Source of the DNA: Octopus vulgaris
Lineage: Eukaryota
Assembly: GCA_951406725.2 (NCBI GenBank)
Contig: OX597823.1
Location: 7,130,001 to 7,194,000 of the forward strand
Direction of reading: 5' to 3'
DNA length: 64,000 bases
Below the pieces are notes generated by a model. The model saw only the letters and a list, made by a program, of their open reading frames with translations, did not search any database and was not told where the DNA came from. Below, piece by piece: positions 53,572 through 64,000 of the stretch. Every line of letters starts with the position of its first letter. The stretch's first letter is position 1. The position numbers and the translations under genes were made by a program.

Positions 53572-54374
53572 TACGGCAGATTTTCAAAGGACTAATACCA
53601 AACTTTAGAGCTATGCCAATCCCCGACCTGAACTTGGTGTCACTGCATAGTGTCAAAGATCCTACACTCTCCGACTAAATTTAGGACCAGATACTGCAAT
53701 AACTTAGGGTTCAAATGATCAAAACTTTTGAATATCCTGCCATAGAAAGGGTGACCTGTGTCTGTAGACATTAACATTTTCAAACAACGCTTGAATATTT
53801 TAATGTCTAAGAACTCAGCTGATCTTATGCCTTGTTAAGAAATACACAAACGCAGCAAATTGGTTTCCCTCATTTACCAAAATTCAAAACCAAGTACAAA
53901 AAAATGGGCTGTTATAATATTGTTGTAGCATATTCCAGCATGGCCACAGCCTATGGGCTAAAACTTGCTAAGACAAAAAAAACAACAAAAAAATGATTTT
54001 CTTTGAATCTGTTGTCTACTACACACTTCATATTTATGAATCAAGTATATTTCAACTTCATCATTTTGCGTCCACCCATTATTCACTTAGTATACCATGT
54101 GAATTATAGCAATTCTTTGTGCAATGATCTGCACATGAAGCTCAAATATAATTGTTGTATCATACAGTACTTACATCATAGAACAGCTTTTTGTGTCAAT
54201 CAGACAATTGTTTGCTTTTGTCTATGCACAAAATTCTTTATATTTTGTGACAAAATATAAGGAGATGAGTTAGTATGAACTCTATGTTTCTTTTATGTCT
54301 ATGGGCATTAGGGAAATGGATTGGCTTCCCCAATTGATGTAGGGAAAAGAGGGATATATATATATATATATATA

Positions 54375-54545
54375 GGCGCAGGAATGGCTGTATGGTAAGT
54401 AGCTTGCTTACCAACCACATGGTTCCGGGTTCAGTCCCACTGCGTGGCTTCTTGGGCAAGTGTCTTCTGCTATAGCCCCGGGCCGACCAATGCCTTGTGA
54501 GTGGATTTGGTAGACGGAAACTGAAAGAAGCCTGTCGTATATATG

Positions 54546-54577
<32 letters not shown>

Positions 54578-54802
54578 CATATATGTTTGTGTGCCTGTGT
54601 TTGTCCCCCTAGCATTTCTTGACAACTGATGCTGGTGTGTTTACGTCCCCGTCACTTAGTGGTTCAGCAAAAGATACCGATAGAATAAGTACTGGGCTTA
54701 CAAAGAATAAGTCCCGGGGTCGAGTCGCTTGACTAAAGGCGGTGCTCCAGCATGGCCACAGTCAAAATGACTGAAACAAGTAAAAGAGTAAAAAGAGTAA
54801 GA
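54375..54802 (+). mobile_element. Family A SINE
   Basis: Full-length. Confidence 0.92.
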
Positions 54803-55045
54803 GTATATATATATATATAGTGTTTTGGAGAATACAAAGTAAGCATGGTATAGATATCCATAGAGTAGTGCTCAGATAAAGGAGACTTTAAAATCTCAAC
54901 TCCTTCATCCAGGGCAGATGCTTTCAGTGTAGAAAGTTGGTTATAAGAACGATCCTAGTCAAGCTGGCATGGAAATAGAAAAGCAGATAAACACCAGTAG
55001 ACTTAATGCATATGTTTACATGCAATACAAAATATATATATTTGA

Positions 55046-55759
55046 AAAGAATAAAAAGTTTTGAATTGTACAACAATGCATTATAATACAGAAAATGGGC
55101 TGTGTATACCTGTTGTCATTTAGTCATCCATAGTCTGATATGTTTTTCGGAATAATATTCTTCTTTAGATATTCTTAGATGGAGTCGCTGCTATAATCGG
55201 TTTTCCAACAGCTTTTCTTTTTTCGTTTTTTTTTTTTTGGAAGTGTCTCAGCAGTGGTCTCACGAAGCTCCTTCCAGAATTCCTCATGAGAAGTGTGTGA
55301 GGTTGGCCATGTCTCAATCTCGTGTGTGCTGGTACATCCGTAGTGCTGCTTCTAAGTTATGTACAGCTTCCTTTTTCCCTTCTTTTTTTCTCTTCTCTCT
55401 CTCTTTTTTTTTTTGTTATAAACTACAGATGAGCATATTATCAAAAATGAACCTACATGCATCCAGATGTAGCTAAATAATATATTGATTACCAACCTCC
55501 AGCCTGTTGCTTATTTGGGGCCCTAGGCTGTGTATGAGTATAGCTTCCTTAATTCTTAAATTACCCAAATTTCTTTCATTGGCTTCAATTGTGACTGTTA
55601 TGCTTTTGTCGGTGTTCCGACTCCATCTGAGAATATCTGAAGAAGGAATTTTATTCCAAAATATCATATCAGACTATGGATGACTAAATTACAACAGGTA
55701 TATAGTCCATTGTCTGTATTATAGTACATTGTTGTACAATTCAAAACGTTTTATTCTTT
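55046..55759 (-). mobile_element. 5'-truncated Penelope-like element with inverted terminal segments carrying hammerhead motifs
   Basis: Arms 55046-55187 / 55618-55759; minus-strand LRIKEAILIHSLGPQISNRLE resembles a GIY-YIG C-terminus; hammerhead motif in both arms. Confidence 0.8.
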
Positions 55760-56608
55760 ACAAACAAAACACAATGCCTCAAGTGAACTACAATACTCTC
55801 CTATATATATTTGAATAATCTTATCTTGACAGCTGTTCAAATTGAACCATGGCTTATGCTGTAACTACATTCATACATAATAACAACCCATGATGTCATT
55901 GTTATATGGAATAATGTAAGTTCTTGTAGATCAGTTAGGTAGAACCAAGTCACCCTCATGGAAGGATATGCCTTTCTATTTATATATATAACAAATAACT
56001 ATATGTGTATGCTTATCAAAGCAGTATGGTGAACAATGATGGAATGGAAGTGAGTAAGGGCAAGAAATATTTGGCAGAGGTATGTGATCATAGGAGGGTG
56101 GATTAATATTGGCCATACACTCAAGGTATTAACAGTGTAACATAACTTAGCTTAAATTAACGACCAATAAAATACTCACATTCTACAGATGAATTAAAAT
56201 TAGAAATACTGCCAAATTCCTAAAAATTTGAATTTTCGATTTACTTGTGTCACACTTCTCTTAATATTACAGCCAGCATTTTTCAAGGTATGATGTACTC
56301 ATGGTCACTGAGAAGAAAGTATTGTGTCTTAACTTCTTGTTTAACTTCTCTTAACTTTTTGTTGTACTGTATTTTTTTCACTGTTGATGGCTGTAAAATC
56401 TATCTTGCCAATGTCTATCTACAAGAACCATTTTATGATGCACCATTTGCGGTAACTTTGGTCTTTATTGGTCTGATTGCTTAACAAAATATATCTTCAG
56501 GTAGTCATGAAAAATAGATGAATGAGTCTAAAGAGACAAATATAAACCACATTTAAAATGCTGCATCTATACATACTGACAAACCAAAATTTATATCTAT
56601 CTTCTCAT

Positions 56609-56705
<97 letters not shown>

Positions 56706-56774
56706 ATATATATATACATGTGTATATATATATATATATATACATGTATATACATATATATACATGTATATATA

Positions 56775-57066
56775 TATATATTAGAAGAAATGAGGTAATC
56801 AGAAGATCGGATGGTTTATAGTTACAGATATTTATTTATATATTACATTTTTTATATATATATCATATCATTTAGATCATTAGCTTTTCTCCCATTCTAG
56901 TGGGGTTTTCAAATCAAACTGTTTTGATTTGAAAACCCCACTAGAATGGGAGAAAGCGCTAATGATCTAAGTGATATGATATATATATAAAAAATGTAAT
57001 ATATAAATAAATATCTGTAACTATAAACCATCCGATCTTCTGATTACCTCATTTCTTCTAATATAT
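56775..57066. repeat. ~290-bp near-perfect palindrome in a (TA)n tract
   Basis: Arms are reverse complements about ~56920; ORF track shows [13 protein letters not shown] on both strands. Confidence 0.95.
56926..56967 (+). ncRNA. Hammerhead variant (UUGAAAA core)
   Basis: GAT-TTGAAAA-C CCCA ctagaa TGGG A-GAAA-GCGC-TA-ATG; stem I only ~2 bp. Confidence 0.55.
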
Positions 57067-57092
57067 AATACCTGTACATCATCTCCAAACCT

Positions 57093-57146
<54 letters not shown>

Positions 57147-57169
57147 CTCTCTCTTTCGGAGAGGCACTG

Positions 57170-57345
57170 AGCAGATATACGCACACATACACACACGGCA
57201 GTAACTCCCACCTACCGAATTCAATCACAAAGCTCCAGTCGGCTCGGGGCTATAGTAGAAGACACCTACCCAAAGTGCCATGCAGTGGGACTGAACCCGA
57301 AACCATGTAGCTAGGAAGCAAGCTCCTTAGCCACACAGCCATGCC
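57170..57345 (-). mobile_element. SINE head related to family A
   Basis: tatagtagaagacac...gtgggactgaaccc match. Confidence 0.75.
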
Positions 57346-58604
57346 CTGTATATAAAATAATTCTTTCATTCATCATATATAACTGACTACATCCTTATCA
57401 GTCACTTTTAAAAGTATGTGTATTGCAATAACTTATACCTTATTTGAATTTGAACTTCCAGTAACTGGTTTCATTAATAAATGTATAAATTATTTTTAAA
57501 AAGTAAGGAAAAGTAAGAAAAAAAGTCAAACTTTTCTCTATTTCAATAGAAATACTTGGAAACTGCAAAGCAACTTAATAAAGAATGAATGGCTAGAAAA
57601 TGAAAGATTTACCAAGACTTGATGCTAATCAATAAATCTTGGAAGCTGATGTCAATATTGATCAGTCATGGTCATTTAGCCATGATATTCTGATTATATG
57701 TGCTATAAAGTTGACTATTGGGATGCAAGTTTAATAGAAAGTTTTCCTGGATGAAATGTCATTTTTATGTCAAAGAAAATAGCATCTTTGACTATAAAAG
57801 CTTGAGATGAAGAATTTGAGAGATGGCCTAATCCAGAAAATTGAGTAAAAATCATATTAAATATGCTACTTAAATAGACAGTATCAAACCATCTATGCAA
57901 GCAGTCAAAGTAGTGGCCATGTTATTTCAATATATTTGCCAATCTGCCATAATCAATGTTTATTTTCTTTTTCCTTTCAAAGATATTTGCTTTGCTTTAT
58001 TCTCCAGTTTAGTTTGTTTTTAACCTTTAATATTAAGCATTGTCATAGTTGATTTCTTTAGGGTTAGGCTTTCTTTCTATACTTTTTTAGCAACAATAAT
58101 TTGTTTTATATTTTTCCTATTATTGCCAGAAAAGCAGATGTATCATGAATATATAATTTTGGCATAAAAATAAATAGGGAATAGAACCAGTTGGTTGATA
58201 TCATTTGATGACAAAATATAGTCTATGAAAGAAATAAAAATAATTTAAAGTTTGTACTTAGATTATATGTTCAAGTAGTTTAGATGTATAAAAATAAACA
58301 GTTAAGAAATTTACATGAACTAACACAAACAAACACTTTATCATTTAAAACTAATCAGTTGTTGGTTTTTTTTTATTAAAGTTGTGAGAATCATTGAGTG
58401 TTGGACGCATTTATTATATATAAAACGAATCCCAAATATAATGTTAATTTTACTTTTGTGGTTGCTTGGCCCCAGTAGTTTGAAGATTGGAAGGAAATAA
58501 TAATTCATTGGGTGGTAATATTTGTATATTTGAACTTGTGCTGAAAACTGCTTCCCAGATACCCATGCACTTTCCTTTTAAGTCCACAACTTTAAAGCAA
58601 CTAC

Positions 58605-58900
58605 AGATAATGTGGGTACAATAAAAAAAAGTAGGTTCAGAGAGATTAGTGAAATGCTTGAGCAAAGGTATGTGTGCTGTATGCAAAAAGGAGATGGAGG
58701 AATTCCCCAACGAGACTTACCACAGATAAGGAACAAAGGTATAAATTCTTCTGGGTAGGCAAAAGTGATAGCATACTTCTGGTAAAGAAATGACTAAGTA
58801 ATGTGGTCCAGTTAGTCAGAGTATATGATAGGATAATCTTAGATTAGTCTTGGAAAATGTGACAATGACATTTTCTCTGCATATGATCCTCATGGACAGA
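58605..58900 (+). mobile_element. RTE endonuclease N-terminal remnant
   Basis: NVGT...REISEMLEQR..CCMQ..RWR...RYKFFWVG fragments. Confidence 0.7.
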
Positions 58901-59429
58901 AGGACTGGTGACTTGTGACAATGGTAAAAATATAATGAATATAGTGATCTCCTTGTATCTGACCTTTGTGGTGTTTATTTTATCCAAGTTTATGGAGTTG
59001 TAAAGCTAAAGTTACTCAGAGGAGGCAGCAGTTGAAGACAGACTTGGCAGAACATCAGACAATATCAAATTGTGTCCTATGACATTCTGAGTTCAAATCC
59101 TGCTGGTGCTTTACCTTTCAAAATACCTGGGACCAATAAAATAAGTACCAGTCAAGTATGAAAGTTAATTCAATTGATAACAACCTCCCTTGTAATTTGT
59201 TTGAAATCATTGCATTTGAGAACTGTGAAAATAGACATATTAGGTCTGTGGATTGGAACGAGTTTGTCTTTTAGCTGTATGACACTTTGTTTTCAGATGT
59301 GGCTTTGAATGTTTGTCTTTAGTGGTGTTACTAGTTCTAGTCGTGTGAATAGTACACCAGTGATTGTGTGCATATATGCTGTATGTGTGTGTGTATTTGT
59401 ATATGTTTTATGTGAGAAAAAGTTAAATG

Positions 59430-61385
59430 CATGTCCTTCTTTGAGTACTAATACAAAACTATTCCACTAGTTGGCAGAGTAATGGATCCAAACATTTGAA
59501 GGATATTTTCAATGAAATCTTTCAAGACAAAATTATTTCAATTTTAAAACTACTCCTTCAGAAAAGACATCACCTAACAAGCAAAAATATAAAGCCAAAT
59601 GAGCTAACTAAAAAAGGGGCTTAACAAAATCAGAAGAGAATATTAGCAAATTAATGCTTCTTTACTCGTCTTCTAAATTGCTGCAAAACAACACCTTGGA
59701 GAATAAGTAGAATTAAAGAAAGGCCAAACAAACAATAAAAAAAGGACCACCATGGGTTTTGAAAATGACAAAAAGCATTGTTTGTTTACATAAAACTATA
59801 AGTTATGTTGCATTGCTTATCACAAACAAAGAGTAAAAAATAAAAATGAAAAATGCTTGGATATTGTAAAAAGAGAACACTGGAATGCAAACTAAAATAT
59901 CCTTACTCAGGATCTGAAAACCATTAGTGAAAAACTTAGATATCAGAAGAGAAGAGCTAAGAGTAAAACTTCAATGAGACCATTTAACAGTCTACTGAGA
60001 CATAAGGAGACAATCAATAAATATCATGGAGGATTCTTCCCAGGAAGATACAGAATCATTCTAGAGAAAAATCTGGAGTGAGGCAAAGGAATTTAATTAG
60101 AATGCAAGGTGGCTACAAGAAATACAGAATAAGTATTATTTCTGTATTAAACCAAAAACACACTGCATCAAGGGTGAGATTCCTGAGACTTTGATCCCAA
60201 AAGTTCAAGATAGAAGTGGACTTCTTGTCAGATATGGATACAAAAAACTGAACATTTATTGGCAGTCTCTCAGCAATCAACAAGCTCTCAATGGTGACAT
60301 AAATATACCAGTCTGGTTAGTATTGACAGGAAAAAAACTGATACCCTAAAATAATGTTACTTACCTGGTGAAAAAACTACCAACCAAATGCGTTTGAGAA
60401 TCTCATTTATTAAGCATATACAACTTATATGAATCTATTTCTCCAAGATCATTGTGATAAGAATATTATCAGAGCTGAACAAGCACCTGGAAAGAAAGAT
60501 GTTTGGGGGTGTGTTAAACAATCTTGATCAACAAAACTAATATAGAAGAACTTGATCACAGTCTAGTTGGATTACAAGAAAGAATTTGACTATGTTACTG
60601 ATTTGTGAAGGCTTTAATTTACTAAAGTTTTGAAGCCCTTAACAACCTGACTTCATCCAAGGTTACCATTCTGAATTTAAGTGCAGGAACTGGTTATATT
60701 ACAGAAGTATATTTCAGGGTGACAGTCTCTCTTTGATGCTGTTTATACATTCAGCAAACCTCCTATAATTTTTAAAGGCAATCTGAAGGATAAATGAGTG
60801 GTTTACAAGGACAGAAAACACCAACCAAACATTGCTTCCATGTGGATGATTTGAAAATATATGCCAAAAACGTGGATGGTGTGCAAGGAAGTTTTGGCAT
60901 AGACATGACACTCAAAAGATATAGGGATCGAGTTTAGCTGGGCTAAATGTTCTTACATGGTTGTAAAGTAAGATAGAACTATGAGCCCATCTAGTGACAT
61001 TACAGTCAATGGCCTCTAATATCAGATGAAGAATGTTACAGGTATTTAGGAACAGATAAAAATATTTCCTGTAATGGAACCTATAACCAGGAATGGGTAA
61101 TCAGTGAATATAATGCCAGGATAAAGAAAATATGTTTCTTAGAACTTTATTCATGCATTGAATCCATTTCCCATAAGGTGTTTGTTGTACCAGTGCTGAT
61201 ATTAGCATTTAGGTTACTTGATTGGACACAAGGTGAGATCAGAGCTAATACTGTTAAAACCTGGAAATTATTAACCTATATCAAGAATTTCCATGTCAAA
61301 ATTTGATGTAACTGCATTTACTTGAAATGAAAACAAACTGGCAGATACTTAACATCAATCCAAACAGCCTTTGAATGTCATATTA
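59430..61385 (+). mobile_element. Decayed R4/Dong-like RT region
   Basis: IFQGDSLSLMLF, NQTLL..DDLKIY and CYRYLG fragments. Confidence 0.7.
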
Positions 61386-61710
61386 TATTCTTTTCCCAAC
61401 ATCTACTAATCGCTGTATGTCAATGTCCTGCCATGGATGAAGCCTGTACAGATGAGGTTGGTCATGTAAGTATGAGTTGGACATGACTGTCTGATTAGGA
61501 ATTATAGGAGTTATTTTCATACAGTGATTTGGTTGTGGACTGGTTCTGTACTTATGTGAACATGAGAGAGAGGGGCGAAGGGGAGAGGAGAGGGAGAGAG
61601 AGAGAGAGAAAGAGAGAGTAGAGTATGTGTGGAACACACAGTGTAGCCCTTAAGCTAGTAGAAGTTAAGTCTTTCTTGTTGTTGACTCTTCATATATATA
61701 TATATATATA

Positions 61711-61835
61711 GCAGGAGTGGCTAGTCCCACTGCATGGCATCTTGGGCAAGTGTCTTCTGCTATAGCTCCGGGCCGACCAATGCCTTGTGAGTGGATTTGG
61801 TAGACGGAAACTGAAAGAAGCCTGTCGTATATATG

Positions 61836-61868
<33 letters not shown>

Positions 61869-62077
61869 TTGTGTGTTGTCCCCCTAGCATTGCTTGACAA
61901 CCGATGCTGGTGTGTTTATGTCCCCGTCACTTAGCGGTTCGGCAAAAGAGACCGATAGAATAAGTACTGGGCTTACAAAGAATAAGTCCTGGGGTCGATT
62001 TGCTCGACTAAAGGCGGTGCTCCAGCATGGCCGCAGTCAAATGACTGAAACAAGTAAAAGAGAAAAGAGTAAAAGAG
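61711..62077 (+). mobile_element. Family A SINE with deletion in the head
   Basis: Match to family. Confidence 0.9.
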
Positions 62078-62319
62078 CATGTCTGACTATCAAACATCAG
62101 ATGATATAGAAAAGTACCTAACATGAACACATGACTGTATTCTATTCCTGCTGCTCATTAGTTCAATCTCTCAGTTCCTTTGTGCTCCATCATTCAGGCA
62201 CACACATTCACATGTGATATAGAAGAATTTTCACTTTGGAAAATGTACTTAAATGTCCAGATGTACTTAAAACTGTTAGATATGATTTTATATAAATATA
62301 TTTATTTGACACTGCTTTG

Positions 62320-62848
62320 TATCAATATGAAGCAGCATAAAGAATGGCTTAGCCCCGGTAAACAAGCAACACTGCGTGTGAAACAAGATCTTCATCCGCA
62401 TAAAACGATGTTGTGAATATGGTGGGACTGGGAAGGGATTATCCATTACAAATTGCTTGAATGGAACCAAACGGTAAATGCGGAACTCTATGCTCAACAG
62501 ATGGAACGACTCAACATGGCTATTCAAAAGAAAAGACCTAATCGGCAGCACAAGGTTCTTCTGCTGCACGACAACGCCCACCCTCATATTGCCAGTATGT
62601 CCAAGGAAGCCATTCAAATGCATGGCTGGGAAGTGCTGCCACACCCCAATACTCTCCTGATTTGGTACCAATGGATTTTCACCTCCTTCGATCTCTTTCA
62701 AATGCTCTGCATGGAGTTTCATTCAATACTGATGCAGAATTGAGAGCTTGGATCAATTTTCAAGTTGAAATCGAGTGATTTCTACCAACAAAGAATTGAA
62801 AATTTTGTTGAACGTTGGGAAGAAGTTGTAAACAACAAGGGTGAGTAC
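62320..62848 (+). mobile_element. Mariner (DD34D) transposase fragment
   Basis: LHPHKTML..WWDW, NQTVNAELY, LLHDNAHPH, GWEVLPHP..SPDLVP.DFHL motifs. Confidence 0.9.
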
Positions 62849-63157
62849 AAGTGTCTTCTACTATAGCCTCAGGCCAACCAAAGCCTTGTGAGTGGATTTG
62901 GTAGATGGAAACTGAAAGAAGCCCGTTGTATATATATATATATGTTTATGTATGTGTTTGTGTGTCTGTGTTTGTCCTCCCAACATTGCTTGACAACCGA
63001 TGCTGGTGTGCTTATGTCTCCGTAACTTAGTGGTTTGGCAAAAGAGACCAATAGAATAAATATTAGGCTTAAAAAGAATAAGTCCTGGGGTTGATTTGTT
63101 TGACTAAAGGCAGTGCTCCAGCATGGCTTCAGTCAAATGACTGAAAAGAATAAAGAA
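62848..63157 (+). mobile_element. 5'-truncated family A SINE
   Basis: Match to family. Confidence 0.88.
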
Positions 63158-63165
63158 TATATACA

Positions 63166-63233
<68 letters not shown>

Positions 63234-63375
63234 GGTCCCGGGTTGTGTGTTAACCACAGTAAATAAGGTACTCAATACAGATATCATCATCATCAAGTTT
63301 TAACGTCCGTTTTCCATGCTAGTTCATAGTTGGACTATATATAAATATATATATATATGTATGTATGTATGTATG

Positions 63376-63406
<31 letters not shown>

Positions 63407-63490
63407 ATATATACATATATGTATGTATGTATATATATATATATATATATAGCTGCTGTAATCAAACGAAAGTGCAATTGCATGTTAAAA

Positions 63491-63579
63491 AAGTGGTCTG
63501 AGGAGAGTGATAACTGATAGCACAAAAGCGAATTGCATTCTCTTTTGTGCTATCAGTTATCACTCTCCTCAGACCACTT
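63491..63579. repeat. Perfect 38-bp hairpin containing CTGAGGA
   Basis: Arms 63491-63528 / 63542-63579, 13-nt loop. Confidence 0.9.
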
Positions 63580-63947
63580 ATTTATTTAACATCCATCCCT
63601 AATTTTTAATATCTTCCCTTCCTTTTCTATTTCCCACTGATTGCCTCTTTCTGTGCCACTAGTGATCTCTCCTTTTCCCATGAGCTACATTGTAAGACTG
63701 ACATAACTTTTCCTTATCACCTTCTCATATCTTTTGTCTTTCTCAATGCCTTCTCGTATCAGCCATCAACACACTTCATCCTTGTCTGTCACTCTATCTA
63801 CCTCTATGTACCTTTAACTTCTATCTCTGTCACTGTACACCTTTCTCTCTCTCTACTACACTCTAACCACACAGATTAACTCCCTATTTCTCATCTATCT
63901 ACAGTTTTATTACACTGCTGTTCCCTACCCTTTCTCTACTGCCACAT

Positions 63948-64000
63948 ACCTATTTCTTTACTACCCACAATGAGCTGAACACAGAGGAGACAAACAAGGA
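63948..64000 (-). mobile_element. Tail of Meta-domain SINE running off the window
   Basis: tatttctttactacccacaa...acaaacaagga matches the 26341 copy. Confidence 0.8.

Noticed and set aside
57570-57920. Possible hAT transposase remnant (also 21620-22400)
   Set aside because: No diagnostic motif or TIR could be confirmed

Overview
AT-rich, repeat-saturated eukaryotic DNA with no intact protein-coding gene and no prokaryotic features. The SINE families (a tRNA/CORE-type SINE, a Meta-domain SINE, a second tRNA SINE and a bipartite RTE-tail element) and the microsatellite density point to an octopus genome; this is inferred from recalled repeat sequences, not from a database search. The window holds about 30 SINE-like copies, decayed Tc1/mariner transposons, two TTAA MITEs, Helitron pieces, and RTE, CR1-like, R4/Dong-like and Penelope-like (PLE) retroelement remnants. 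Nearly all ORFs in the track are microsatellite or SINE artefacts. The main hidden signal is a dispersed set of minimal type-I hammerhead ribozyme motifs. Two have intact cores (52355-52442 +, 7225-7276 -); others are variant, decayed or half-motifs. Most lie in long fold-back palindromes or short inserts nested in (TA)n tracts, near PLE RT/GIY-YIG remnants. They share palindromic stem III, a mismatch (often U.U) at the base of stem II and, in some, a UUGAAAA (U3:A8) core. All motifs were read by eye and none is tested for activity.
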